DNA of 64,000 nucleotides from a virus (Duplodnaviria; Caudoviricetes): IMG/VR virus record IMGVR_UViG_3300042196_000418; one strand, 5' to 3'. Shown piece by piece: positions 20,827 to 31,302 of this stretch (position 1 is its first letter; each line of letters starts with the position of its first letter). The notes under the pieces were generated by a model. It saw only the letters and a program-made list of their open reading frames with translations, ran no database searches and was not told where the DNA came from. The position numbers and the translations under genes were made by a program.

Positions 20827-22880
20827 ACCCCATGTCGAACGAGCTGAACAACATCCTGAACGAGGCTATTCCTGCGTGGGCGAAGCTGACGGGTACCAAG
20901 CTCGGCGCCAGCTCGTTCTCGTTCACGCTTGGCAGTAACTCCGAATTCCAGAGCTACGATCTCAAGAAGTACGTCGATGACTTGAACGCGTCCCGATCGC
21001 TCGACATGTCGGGGACAACGACGGTTTTGCTCCTCCGCGGTTTGTTCGAAGCGTACGTCGAGGAAAAGTCGTTCAAGGTTCATTCGCTCCTGTACGCAGC
21101 CGCCGAGGTCGAGAAAACGCTCGCCACGCTACGCGCGTTCCACGCAATGATCACGCAAGCGCCCTGCGAGGACGCCGTCACTGCGTTCCAGGAGACGGTG
21201 CGCGCGGCGGCCGTGCACTACGGCTACGACCTCGGCAAGTTCAAGAAGCACCTCGCGGACGAGCGTGGCCTCGGCCAGCTCCGCCTCGCCGCCTCGCGTA
21301 GCCTCGGCAGACTCGCCACACACCAGTTCACGCAGGGTGCGCGAGATCCGAAGCCGCTCCAGTACAACCGCCAGATCTTCGAGTTCTCGAGCATCAACGC
21401 GTTCGTCTACGCGTTGCGCCGCCAGATGGTCTCGGGCATCACGTTGGCGCTGATCCGTTCAGGTGACGTCTACAAAACCTACTTCGTGCTCGGGCTGCGC
21501 AATGGCGAGACGACCACGATCTTGACCGACTTCGAGGAAGGGGCGCACCCCGAGTACCACAACATGACCCGTCGTCCCGATCGGCGTCTCGAAGAGCGGT
21601 CGCAGCAGCACTGGTTCCCGTACAGGCTCCTCGAAGAGGATCCGGTCAAGCACAAGCACCTCAAGAACAAGACCGCGCTCGTCCCGCTGGACGCCAAGGC
21701 GTTGCCGATCGAGGAGATCACGAACCTGGAGCCCTCCGAGTTCATCTGGCTCGTGCTTCTGTTCGATCTCGTCTCTACCAAGTTCGACCGCGACGATTAC
21801 AAGGCGCCCGAGCTGTCGTACACAGGAGAGATGGTCGTGTCGCCCCACGCGCTCGTGGAAGCGAGCAGTGCCCTCGTGCTTGCCGGGCAGTACGCGCCGC
21901 TGATCCTGCCAAAGCTCACCGCCCGAACGGCGACGCCGGAGCTGGCAGAAAACCACAAGCCTGTCGGACACAACGCGTGGCTGGAGGAGCGCTACCGCGA
22001 TCACGTGCCCGAGATCTTGCTCGACGTGGTCGGCGAACGAAAGGCTCTCGAAGTGGGCAAGGAAGCCGGCAAGCTACTCCCTGGCACGATCAAGGAAGCG
22101 AAGCTACCGACGATGCGCAAGCAACCGGGCGTCATCGGGTGGGGACCAGACTATCGTGTCGGGGCTCTTCATCCCCAGGCGCTCGATCCAACCTACTTCG
22201 GCACCCAGAAGGACATCGAGCGCACACGCGCTTGGTACGCGCGCGTGAACCTCATAAAGGCGGTCCAGCGCCTCGCGTCCGCAGAATTCGTCGCGAAGCA
22301 CGAGCTGATCTTGTCGTGGTACCGCAAGCGCATCGAGCGGAACATGACCTTCATCTGGAAGGCCGTTGCGCATGCCGAGCTGATGGCCCCCATCACGACG
22401 TGGGACAGCGACGAAGATCATGGCTTCCCGTCCGAGGACAAACTGCGCTGGAAGGAGGGAAACATCCTCCAGCAGAAACAGGCTCCCAAGTACAACCCGT
22501 TCTACAGCAGCCGCGAGACCGTGCAGATCGGCGGTTGGGACAACGACCGCAACTACAACGTGTGCGCGCTCGATCCTCCCACACGCGCGACGGTGTTCAC
22601 GATCATTGAACCGGACAACCCTCGCGCGCTCGCGCTCCTGATGGGCATCCCGGAGAAGAAGATGCCGTGGCCGCTCCAGCACTGGTCGACGCGCGAGCCG
22701 TACACCGGCAACAGCATCCTCGATCGCATCGATCCACAGGACTCACGACTCGACGACCCGTGGCGCCATCTTGAGCTGCGCCTCACGATCTCGCTCTCGA
22801 AACGCGCCTACAACCGGCTCCGCAAGGAGCACGGCCTGCCGCCCAAGGAGGTCGTGGAAGCCAAGGAGGACGCAGAATGA
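20823..22880 (+). CDS. large hypothetical protein (~685 aa)
   Basis: longest ORF of the train; GTGA overlap; no motif recognised. Confidence 0.8.
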   Translation: MNPMSNELNNILNEAIPAWAKLTGTKLGASSFSFTLGSNSEFQSYDLKKYVDDLNASRSLDMSGTTTVLLLRGLFEAYVEEKSFKVHSLLYAAAEVEKTLATLRAFHAMITQAPCEDAVTAFQETVRAAAVHYGYDLGKFKKHLADERGLGQLRLAASRSLGRLATHQFTQGARDPKPLQYNRQIFEFSSINAFVYALRRQMVSGITLALIRSGDVYKTYFVLGLRNGETTTILTDFEEGAHPEYHNMTRRPDRRLEERSQQHWFPYRLLEEDPVKHKHLKNKTALVPLDAKALPIEEITNLEPSEFIWLVLLFDLVSTKFDRDDYKAPELSYTGEMVVSPHALVEASSALVLAGQYAPLILPKLTARTATPELAENHKPVGHNAWLEERYRDHVPEILLDVVGERKALEVGKEAGKLLPGTIKEAKLPTMRKQPGVIGWGPDYRVGALHPQALDPTYFGTQKDIERTRAWYARVNLIKAVQRLASAEFVAKHELILSWYRKRIERNMTFIWKAVAHAELMAPITTWDSDEDHGFPSEDKLRWKEGNILQQKQAPKYNPFYSSRETVQIGGWDNDRNYNVCALDPPTRATVFTIIEPDNPRALALLMGIPEKKMPWPLQHWSTREPYTGNSILDRIDPQDSRLDDPWRHLELRLTISLSKRAYNRLRKEHGLPPKEVVEAKEDAE

Positions 22881-23068
22881 GCACGAGAAAGGTTCGACAA
22901 CCACGCGCGTGCCCAGGGATGAAGAGGGACGGCCGCTGTAGTCCTGGCGCTTGGCTCTGTCGCCTTTGCAAGCGGTGGCATTACCTCAAACGCTGTCCGA
23001 TTAGGCGCGGGACCTTGTCCACCCAGCGTGGCCGGCCGGACTTCAGCAAGTGGGATCTCCTGTGAGGC

Positions 23069-23199
23069 GGGTACGAAACTACCCGTGTCTTGAGCACTAC
23101 GGGCACTACGGCTCGGGACCTTGGCGGAGACGGGTGCGCGCCTACCCATGCTTGTCTCCCAAGTACTTGCACGACGTCGCAGTCGGCACGCGAACTGCT
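23069..23199 (+). promoter_or_regulatory. promoter P5: boxes plus sigma54-type core
   Basis: GGGT-N8-ACCC 23069 and 23132, ACTT 23165, CGGCACGCGAACTGCT 23184-23199; ATG 23212. Confidence 0.85.
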
Positions 23200-23211
23200 T
23201 TATCTGCGGCC

Positions 23212-23895
23212 ATGAGCAAGTCCCAGCGCAGCAAGCGGTCCCGCGGGGTGGTCGACCGATCGGCCACCACGGACGTCCTCACGCAGCTCGAATGTGCAAT
23301 CCGTAATCCCCACGCCGCGGCGATCGGCGCCGTGGTCGGTGGCCTCGTCCCCTGGTTCGGCCGCACGCTCGCACACGTCGAGATCCCGGTGGCGTGGTCC
23401 GCTGGTAACCAGCCGTTCGCACTGGTGATGCTCGCCGTCGTGCTCGGCTGCGCGTGCTTCTCTGCGATCTCGGTCTACAAGTTCGGCAAGGCCGCGTTCG
23501 GCGACACGCGAAAGGCCCTCGGCTTCGTGCTCGCCCTGGAAGGCGTCATGCTGGTCAGCCACGGCGCCACGAGCGCCGTTGCACTCGCAGTTCTGGTCCT
23601 GATCAACGCGATCGCGAACGGTTCGGTGATCGCGCTCTCGCGTGACGCCACGCGCCGCCAGCGCGAGGCGGATGCGCGCCGCGCCGGGACCCGCGCCCGC
23701 ACCCGCGCTGGCCACAACGCGCCGCACGAGCAGCCCGCGGCGCCGTCCCCGCGCCCCGCCCCTGCCATGCCGAGCCGCGCACCCCGCCCAGCCCAGACGC
23801 CGGGCAGCGCGCTCGTCACGCCCATGTGGCGACGCGCGACGCTCGACGACGTGATCGACGCCGAGATCGTCTCCGAAGAAAGGCTCCCGTCGTGA
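23212..23895 (+). CDS. membrane protein
   Basis: about 4 hydrophobic segments, Pro/Arg-rich tail. Confidence 0.7.
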   Translation: MSKSQRSKRSRGVVDRSATTDVLTQLECAIRNPHAAAIGAVVGGLVPWFGRTLAHVEIPVAWSAGNQPFALVMLAVVLGCACFSAISVYKFGKAAFGDTRKALGFVLALEGVMLVSHGATSAVALAVLVLINAIANGSVIALSRDATRRQREADARRAGTRARTRAGHNAPHEQPAAPSPRPAPAMPSRAPRPAQTPGSALVTPMWRRATLDDVIDAEIVSEERLPS

Positions 23896-24831
23896 CCGCT
23901 GCCGCCCTTCGTGCCCGCGTCTTCAGCTATGGCCCCGGTCCGCACTCGATCAGAGATCACGTCCAACTCGCGATTCAGGCGCACGACCTCACGCGCGCAG
24001 AATGTCGTCTGCTCAAAGCGATCGTCACGAACAACAGGATGGACACCAAGAGCTACCAGCTCGGACAGAAGTGCGGTCGCTTTCTGCAAGGCTACGAGGA
24101 GCCATGGCCCTCGGATCCACGCAGCGGCTGGGTTCTCGTCGAATTCTGGTGCAATCCTGTCGAACAGGAAGATGCGGTTCGCGTCTACGTCGACCATGTC
24201 AATGAGGAGTTCGCGCGCATGAAAAATGCGTTGCTTGCCGATAGCGAGGAGACATGAGCATCGATCGTCCCACCCCGATCCAGCGCGGCTTCGAGTACGA
24301 GGTGAAGTTGGCCGTGTCGATCCCGACTGCATGGGCACAACTGCTCAAGGACGCCGCCAAGCACCACTACGACCATCGGTGCAACGAGGCCGGGCACCAC
24401 GGCGTGGTCAACGGGCTCTACAACACGTCGCAGAACGGCCCGTTGCAGAGCACCCTTGCCGTAACCTGGCGCGACCTCGATCTTGTCACCAAGATCGCCG
24501 AGCAGCTCGAATACCACACCGCCGATCACGTGATGCTCCGCGAGATCCGCTCATGGCTGCGCACGACCAAGGACACGATCGAGAAGCAGCACCGCGCCTG
24601 CCTGGAGCTGCCTGGTTCTCGCGACTACGACGAGGACGTGGAGCCGACGTGAGCCGCAAGAAGACCAAGGAAGACGACGCGTTCGATCCCGGAGAGGTCC
24701 TCTGCGGCCACGGCACGCGCATCACTCAGCGCTCCCACTATCTCGGTGGCGGCCTGTGGGTCTGCTTCGAGTGCTTCGCGAAGCTCTTGCTTGGAGGCCG
24801 CACGCCGCTCCCGCGTCAGGAGACCCCGTGA
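23892..24831 (+). CDS. three coupled hypothetical genes (23892-24257, 24254-24652, 24649-24831)
   Basis: 4-bp overlaps. Confidence 0.55.
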
Positions 24832-24865
24832 GCAAACAGCAAGTCCGCGCGCGCATGCTCGACGC

Positions 24866-25480
24866 ATGATCATCGGCACAGGTGCACGATCGACGCCCGC
24901 GAAGATCGCCGAGTTCCGGCAAGACCTCCGTTGTCGCTGGATCTACCTGACGCTCGACTTCTTGGAGTTCCCTCTCAAGAGCGGCGACGGCCACGTCTCG
25001 GGGTTGCGCGGTCCGTACCACATCGGCGCGATCTCGGTCGCAGAGGACGGGGCGATGCTCAACTTCTGGATGAGCCACGCGACGGCGCAGATCCCCAAGG
25101 ACGAGTCCATGCAGGTCGCCGCCGCGTCGCTCGTCGCCTGGACGACGCTCTCGATGCTCAACTGCGCCAACATCGAGGCCGTCGAGCACAAGATTCCCGA
25201 CGCATTCCAGAAGGCGCGGCAGCGGATCAGCAAGCGTCCGTTCGTCTCGTATCACACCGTGCGCGTCGACCTCGACAAGACCCCGCGCCAGATCACTGCG
25301 CCCAGCCTGCCGGGTGACGGAACCACGCCCCGTCTCCACAAGAAGCGCGGCCACATGAAGGACTACCGCCGCGGCAATGGCCTGTTCGGCCGCTACAAGG
25401 GCGTCTGGTTCTGGGGCGACATGACAGCCGGATCAAAAAACGAAGGTGTCGTCGTGTCCGACTACGAGGTGAGCCCGTGA
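24866..25480 (+). CDS. phage hypothetical protein with PRxHxxRGH motif
   Basis: PRLHKKRGHMKDY...WFW; start uncertain. Confidence 0.6.
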   Translation: MIIGTGARSTPAKIAEFRQDLRCRWIYLTLDFLEFPLKSGDGHVSGLRGPYHIGAISVAEDGAMLNFWMSHATAQIPKDESMQVAAASLVAWTTLSMLNCANIEAVEHKIPDAFQKARQRISKRPFVSYHTVRVDLDKTPRQITAPSLPGDGTTPRLHKKRGHMKDYRRGNGLFGRYKGVWFWGDMTAGSKNEGVVVSDYEVSP

Positions 25481-25545
25481 CGAAGAAGACGGGAGGGCGT
25501 CGTCGTGTCCGACTACGAGGTGAGCCCGTGACGAAGAAGACGGGA
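25448..25545 (+). repeat. 47-bp tandem duplication (51-bp period) of a stop/start junction
   Basis: GTCGTCGTGTCCGACTACGAGGTGAGCCCGTGACGAAGAAGACGGGA at 25448 and 25499. Confidence 0.9.
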
Positions 25546-26457
25546 CAACGCGACGCGATGTCTGACCTCCGGGCCAACGTCGACAGTATCGTCGCAGGAC
25601 TCTACGATCTGCGCCGTGACCCGCGCCGCGATCTAGTGCTTGAGCGCGCGATCCACCTCGCCGACGTGCTTGCTGCGAAGATAAGGGCGATCGCTGCACG
25701 AGACCACACACGCGGCGACAGCTTTTCCACCGGTCACCTGAAAGTCTTCGTCGACAACCGCGAACGCGACTTCGTCTTCCGACCGGACAGCGTCGGCGAC
25801 ACCGGCGTCATCGAACAGATCTTCGAGAGCAAGGACTACGACCTCAAGCGCTTCACCTTGGGCGCGCTCTTCGAGCACTACGTCGAAAGTATCCGCGAGA
25901 GTGGTCGACGACCCCTCATCGTCGACGCAGGCGCCAACATCGGCGCGAGCCCAATCTATTTTCTCTCGCAGTATCCAGACGCCACGATCGTCGCCATCGA
26001 GCCGGAGCGACGAAACTGTGCCCTCCTACGCGTCAACTGCACCGGCCTCGCTGTGCAGATCATCGAGGCGGCACTCTGTAGCGGGCCGGGCCGGCGATTT
26101 CTGAGCGATCCTGGGCGTAGCGACTGGGGCTTTCAAGTTACCGACTCCGACCAAGGTCTCTACGAGGTCGCTGCTGTTTCCGTTCCCCAAATCCTGCGAG
26201 ACTATCCGTCCAGCGCCTACGCGCCAGCGATCGTCAAGATCGACATCGAGGGCAGCGAGAAGGACCTCTTTTCAGGCGAGATAGGTTGGCTGAAGACTGT
26301 CCCGCTCCTCATCATCGAGCTGCACGACTGGATGCTGCCGGGTGAGGCCGCGGCGCGAAACTTCCTGCGAGCGATCTCGACATTCGATTTCGATTTCGTC
26401 CACGTCGGCGAGAACGCGTTCTGCTTCAACAACGCACTGCTGAAGAAGGATCCATGA
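25477..26457 (+). CDS. FkbM-family SAM-dependent methyltransferase
   Basis: IVDAGANIG, AIEP, KIDIEGSE, IELHD; start may be 25528 or 25558. Confidence 0.85.
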   Translation: MTKKTGGRRRVRLRGEPVTKKTGQRDAMSDLRANVDSIVAGLYDLRRDPRRDLVLERAIHLADVLAAKIRAIAARDHTRGDSFSTGHLKVFVDNRERDFVFRPDSVGDTGVIEQIFESKDYDLKRFTLGALFEHYVESIRESGRRPLIVDAGANIGASPIYFLSQYPDATIVAIEPERRNCALLRVNCTGLAVQIIEAALCSGPGRRFLSDPGRSDWGFQVTDSDQGLYEVAAVSVPQILRDYPSSAYAPAIVKIDIEGSEKDLFSGEIGWLKTVPLLIIELHDWMLPGEAAARNFLRAISTFDFDFVHVGENAFCFNNALLKKDP

Positions 26458-26497
26458 GGCATCTCGTTGACTGCACGCGGACGAAAGCGGGAACACC

Positions 26498-27251
26498 GTG
26501 AGTCGCGCGGCCCCAACATGGTGGCCGCCGAAGATCGGCGACAAGCTGCGGCACGGCACGAAGCATCACGGCGGAGGTGGCCGCATGATCGACGTCGAGG
26601 TGCTCCTACACGTTCTCTCCGTATTCGAGGACAAGGACGGCGAGCAGCGCATCGTCACCTCGGAGTGGTTCCCGACGGAGCGCCGATGGAACTACACCGT
26701 CATGTGGTGGTACGAGGCGGCCATCGGGCTTATCTGGCGCGACGGCACGAAGAAGCCGGAGGAACCGTGAAGCTCAAGATGTGGGTCGGTAACCTCGATG
26801 GCCGGCGCGAGGGGCTCGTGATCGCGCCGTCCAAGAAGCGTGCGCGCGAAGTTCTCGGTCAGCGCACGAGCGAATCCGACTTCAACAGCTACTGGCGTGA
26901 GTGGCCGGTCGATCCACACCTCGAACCCGAGGTCCTCTACACGCGGCGATTCGGTATGGAACCATGGTTCCGCGGACGGTGCGAGCTGTGAGTTCGCGCA
27001 GGCATGTCTCCAAGGGCGTGCGTGACATGCGTGCGCACTACCGATCGGCCTGGGTCGGTGCAGTGCTTCGCCGTGAAAAGCGCGAGTACAACGGTCGCCG
27101 GATCGGCGACCTCTTGACCGTCGTCCTTGTCGCCGATCGCCACGGCAAGCCCATGCAGCGTCGGATCGTGATGTCGATCGACGCGAGCTGGACGACGCCG
27201 GTCACGTTCGATACGACCGCCGTGAACCCCGACTGGTGGGTGATTCCGTGA
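26498..27251 (+). CDS. three coupled hypothetical genes (26498-26770, 26767-26991, 26988-27251)
   Basis: GTGA overlaps. Confidence 0.55.
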
Positions 27252-27679
27252 CGTTCATCGATCGCGCGACCACGATCGCCCGCGGCATCCGCACCGATCT
27301 CTTGCGCTACGACGAGACGCCGCGCGACCTTGCTGGTCAGTGCGGTCTTGCCGCGATGCTCATGGCGGCAGCCTTCGAGAACCCCCACGCGCTCCGCACG
27401 GGCTTCTATATGAAGTTCGAGATGCTGTTCGGCAAGCGCGGGCGGTACCCGCATCGCCACGCCTGGTGTCGTGTCGGCACGCTGATCGTCGATGTCACCG
27501 CGACGCAGTTCGATCAGAGCAACAAGGCCGTTCACGTGGCGCGCTTCGACGAGGACACACGCTACATCGAAACCGCGAGCGGGCGCGACGCGATCGACGA
27601 CATCATGAACAACTGGCGCGGGCGCGAGGTGCCCGCGTACATGCAGCTCGCCAAGGGCCTGCGGCGAGGGACGCGATGA
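27248..27679 (+). CDS. papain/transglutaminase-like protein
   Basis: GQCGLAA...HAWC...IVDVTATQF (Cys-His-Asp order). Confidence 0.55.
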   Translation: MTFIDRATTIARGIRTDLLRYDETPRDLAGQCGLAAMLMAAAFENPHALRTGFYMKFEMLFGKRGRYPHRHAWCRVGTLIVDVTATQFDQSNKAVHVARFDEDTRYIETASGRDAIDDIMNNWRGREVPAYMQLAKGLRRGTR

Positions 27680-28308
27680 ATAGAGCCGTGGCCATCAAGA
27701 GCTACCTGCACGCCGGTAAGAGTGTCTGTCCGTTCGCCAAGACATGCCCGGTAGAGCTGGCGTCGGTATCGGCAAACCCTCGTGCAGATCGCGCGGGCAT
27801 CCTCCGAAGCGTCGCCACCTTCGCCACGGCGCGCGGCAACGCGATCATTCTCTTGGCGAAGACCGACGAGGGATTCGCAGCTACCGCCTCCTGGGCCGCA
27901 GAAGCATTTCTTGAGCTGATGATCTGCTGCGCCCAGATCAGCCAACCATCCGTCGCGATCGCGGAGATCGAGCACTACGTAGAGAGCACTATTCGTCCCA
28001 CCCTCAGCTCCGACGAGATCCGGCCCCATCTCGCATTGCACGAGAGTGCTCTGATGACGATCTGCATGACCCCCGTCTATCCAGCAGAGCATCCACGCTA
28101 TGCGCCCCACACGATCCTCGTGGTGACCTGGAGCGCCGACGTCGACGAGGCGTTAGGCGCCGGGGGCATCCCAAAGATCCGAGAGGCCATGGCTAAGGCG
28201 CACGGGCACGTCTATGACGCCAACGAGCTGATGCTGCCGCTGCCAACGAAACGTCCGCCGCTTGCCAAGTCCGAGGCCAACGTCACGAACAACGTCGAGG
28301 TCAAATGA
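27676..28308 (+). CDS. hypothetical protein, weakly YqcI/YcgG-like
   Basis: VCPFAK; PVYPAEHPRYAPHTILVVTW. Confidence 0.45.
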   Translation: MNRAVAIKSYLHAGKSVCPFAKTCPVELASVSANPRADRAGILRSVATFATARGNAIILLAKTDEGFAATASWAAEAFLELMICCAQISQPSVAIAEIEHYVESTIRPTLSSDEIRPHLALHESALMTICMTPVYPAEHPRYAPHTILVVTWSADVDEALGAGGIPKIREAMAKAHGHVYDANELMLPLPTKRPPLAKSEANVTNNVEVK

Positions 28309-28559
28309 TGAAGCTTGTATGGCACCAGCGCGGAGATGGTCTGTGGAACGCGGCCTGTGCATGCAACACGACGATCTGCGGCGTGGATTTCGCCCGCCGC
28401 ACAGAGGCCGAAGCGTCACACTTCGCCCGCGCACGCATGGAGCGCGAGCGTCGGTTCCAGGCAACGCCCGCGCTCGCCCCAGGCAGCCAGATTCCCGCCT
28501 GCGGTCCCAAGCTCCCCGAGCCGAACCCGAACCACCCCGGTCCCCTGGTGTTTCCATGA
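28305..28559 (+). CDS. small protein, paralogue of 31299..31643
   Basis: MKLVWHQRGDGLWNAACAC. Confidence 0.6.
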   Translation: MMKLVWHQRGDGLWNAACACNTTICGVDFARRTEAEASHFARARMERERRFQATPALAPGSQIPACGPKLPEPNPNHPGPLVFP

Positions 28560-28777
28560 TGAAGTTCTTCAGCAACGGAACGTGGCGTCCGCGCGCGGCC
28601 GAGATCACAGAGGTTCCGACGCCCGTCGGCGAGAGCTGCCTGGCATGCGGAGCTGCGATCCAGCCTGACGACTGCGGCGTCTTGATGGTGCACATGGACA
28701 GGCGCGGCGACGCGTACCGGCCGTGGCACCTCAGCTGTTTCCAGCGATCCCTCGGGATTGAAGGGGCGTCCGCATGA
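28556..28777 (+). CDS. small Zn-finger protein
   Basis: CLAC...HLSC. Confidence 0.55.
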   Translation: MMKFFSNGTWRPRAAEITEVPTPVGESCLACGAAIQPDDCGVLMVHMDRRGDAYRPWHLSCFQRSLGIEGASA

Positions 28778-28955
28778 TCTTCTTCGTTGCTGTCGCCGTC
28801 GCCGTCGCGGCTGTCGAATCCCACATGGCCAACGAGGGCTACTACGAGATCGACGAGGAGCAGGCCGTCTTCCGCACAGCCGCTCGCGTTTTCGAGTACG
28901 CCCGCGCTTGCTGCCGAACGGCGCTTCCCACCCGCGACCTTCAAGGTTGGTCATG

Positions 28956-29426
28956 GTGACCAGCGCGCCCCGCCCAAAAGGCAAACAGTTGGGAGCCCTT
29001 TCCATCGCCCTCGTCGGCTGCTCGGGCCCCAAGCTCAAGGTGCCCGCGCCCGCAAGGCAGCTTTACACCTCGCAGTTCCGGGCGACGCTCGCGCTCGCCG
29101 AGCGTCGGCACCACGTCGTCTACGTGATCAGCGCCAAGCACGAGCTCGTGCAGCTCGACCAGGTGATCGAGCCGTACGATCGCACGATGGCGGACATCGC
29201 CAAGGAGTGGCGCGTGATCTGGGGCATCCGCGTGTGGGACTCGATCCTGCGCCGCCACCAGAACGTCGATCGTCAGGTCTACATCTACGCCGGCAAGGAC
29301 TACGCGAAGCCAATCCAGCGCGCAGGGTTCCATCGTGCGGCGTTCCACGAGCCGCTCGCAAAGATGCAGGTCGGGCAGCGTCTCCAGTGGTTGAAGCAGC
29401 AACTCAATGCTCCGAGGCCCGCATGA
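28956..29426 (+). CDS. DUF6884-like protein
   Basis: LVGCSGPK...PARQLYTS...ISAKHEL...IEPYD. Confidence 0.7.
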   Translation: MTSAPRPKGKQLGALSIALVGCSGPKLKVPAPARQLYTSQFRATLALAERRHHVVYVISAKHELVQLDQVIEPYDRTMADIAKEWRVIWGIRVWDSILRRHQNVDRQVYIYAGKDYAKPIQRAGFHRAAFHEPLAKMQVGQRLQWLKQQLNAPRPA

Positions 29427-29928
29427 CTCGGCGCCCGCCCGTACTCGTACATGCCTGGATGTCCGCCACGGAGATGACTAGCGCCTGTGGCCTGACCCTG
29501 CGGAGGGCATCGACGTGGACCTACAGCGTCTACAACGCCGCGAACGAGAAACTGTTTTCCGGGACCATGACCAGCATCAAGACGTGGCTCCGCAAGGAAG
29601 GATACGTGGCGTGAACGTTCACGAGGAAAGAGCGTGGAAGTTGCTCGTGTCACTGGGGGCACGAGAGACCATGCTTACCAACAAACACGCGCTCGACCTC
29701 TCACCCATCCGGTTGACGAGCAAGAACAAGCTCGGCCTGTTCGTGCAGGCCGTGCTCGACGTCGTCGGCCGCAGTAACGCGAATCGCCGCCACGTCGATC
29801 GCCGCGGTTGTCCGATCTACGTCGTAACCGACTACTACACGGTAGGCCGGCCCAATGATCGCGATCGTCACGAGCCCGAGCGAAAGGCGTTCATCGCGCG
29901 GACGCGCGAGAGAAAGGCTGCTGAATGA
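29423..29928 (+). CDS. two coupled hypothetical genes (29423-29614, 29611-29928)
   Basis: 4-bp overlaps. Confidence 0.5.
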
Positions 29929-30164
29929 TCACCGACGAGCAGATCAGGAAGCTGCGTGACGAGCTGCTATCCGAGATCGCCCGCCTCGCCAGCACGCCAG
30001 AAGCCTGGACGATGCCACTCGACAAGGCCCTCGTGGAAACGGACTGGGCGCTGTCTTGGGACTGGGGCTTTGTCGATGCGTCGTGCGACATCTTTCGAGA
30101 CCGCAGAAAGGCCGCTCGCGCTCGCTGCGCCGAAATCCTCCATACGCGGAAGGCCACCACGTGA
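29925..30164 (+). CDS. TITDEQIR-family protein (isolated copy)
   Basis: MITDEQIRKLR...DWALS...ARARCAEILH. Confidence 0.75.
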   Translation: MITDEQIRKLRDELLSEIARLASTPEAWTMPLDKALVETDWALSWDWGFVDASCDIFRDRRKAARARCAEILHTRKATT

Positions 30165-31027
30165 TCCACAAGCTCGATATCCTCAACGCAACCCAGACAC
30201 CCGTTCCGTGGCTCTCGAGCGTCGAAGCGTTCAAGACGCCACGCACGTTCGAGTTCAAGCCAGGACTCAACGTCCTGTGGGGCCGCAATGGCTCCGGCAA
30301 GACGTCATTGACCAAGGTACTCGCGCGCTTGTTCCACTGCGAGCAGGGCAACCATCCGACGGTCTCGCAAGAGTCGCTCAGCGAGCTGGTCGGCGAACGC
30401 TTCCATCCGATCGATCTCGCCAAGGGCCTCTCGGTCGAACACGACGGCCAGGGCGTACGGCACTTCGATCCGGGTCACGCGGTCGGGTTGATGGCAGGAG
30501 GAGCGGCGTTCGACTGGGACTTCGGAACAGAGGGCATCCAGAACCAGATGTTCAAAGGATCGGCCGGCCAGACGAACATGTTCCGCTTCGACCGCATTCT
30601 CAACGAGATCATCGCGGGCAAGGTCCCGGAGGTCGAATGGAAAATCCGGCGTGAGCTCGTGAGCGATGTGTGGCGTGAACGCATCGACCGCGCGAAGAGC
30701 CTCCTCAAAAAGAACGGGAAGAAGGGTCCGCCAACGATCCTGCTTGACGAGCCCGAGCGCAGCTACGATCTGAACGCCCAGGTCGGAGTCTGGCGCTTGT
30801 TACGCGCGTACTCGGATCAAGTCCAGTTCATCGTAGCGTCACATTCGCTGTTCGCGCTCAAGATCCCCGATGCGCACTACATCGAGCTGTCACCGCGCTA
30901 CCTGGCCGGCTCAGAGGCCGTGCTCGACATTCTCCAGAAGTGGCCGGAAGAGAAACCATCCAAGCCTCCCAAGGAGGCGGCGAAGACCGCGCGCACCGAC
31001 CTGAAGAAGCGCAAGGAGTCGCTATGA
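30161..31027 (+). CDS. ABC-type (AAA_21-like) ATPase
   Basis: Walker A GRNGSGKT, SAGQ signature, Walker B ILLDEPE, switch IVASHS. Confidence 0.85.
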   Translation: MIHKLDILNATQTPVPWLSSVEAFKTPRTFEFKPGLNVLWGRNGSGKTSLTKVLARLFHCEQGNHPTVSQESLSELVGERFHPIDLAKGLSVEHDGQGVRHFDPGHAVGLMAGGAAFDWDFGTEGIQNQMFKGSAGQTNMFRFDRILNEIIAGKVPEVEWKIRRELVSDVWRERIDRAKSLLKKNGKKGPPTILLDEPERSYDLNAQVGVWRLLRAYSDQVQFIVASHSLFALKIPDAHYIELSPRYLAGSEAVLDILQKWPEEKPSKPPKEAAKTARTDLKKRKESL

Positions 31028-31302
31028 CCAAAGAACTCGACGTTGCTGTCAACCAGCTACTAACCACGGCGCAGATGGCGTTCACCACCTCCGACGCGCT
31101 TCCCGACATCAAACAGAGTGCGGACGCGCTACGCGAGATGCTCCGCGAATGGCGCGAGCACGACAAGCGCGTTGAATCGACGGTGGTTGGGCTGCTCCGG
31201 CTCGTGCAGTCCCGCTGCAAGCACGTCGGTGCAGCGACCGGCCGCAACGACCGCGACGGCTCGTGGATGGCGCCATGTCCGACGTGTGGAGAGAGTCGAT
31301 GA
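31024..31302 (+). CDS. hypothetical protein
   Basis: CKH...CPTC; ATGA overlap. Confidence 0.55.
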   Translation: MTKELDVAVNQLLTTAQMAFTTSDALPDIKQSADALREMLREWREHDKRVESTVVGLLRLVQSRCKHVGAATGRNDRDGSWMAPCPTCGESR

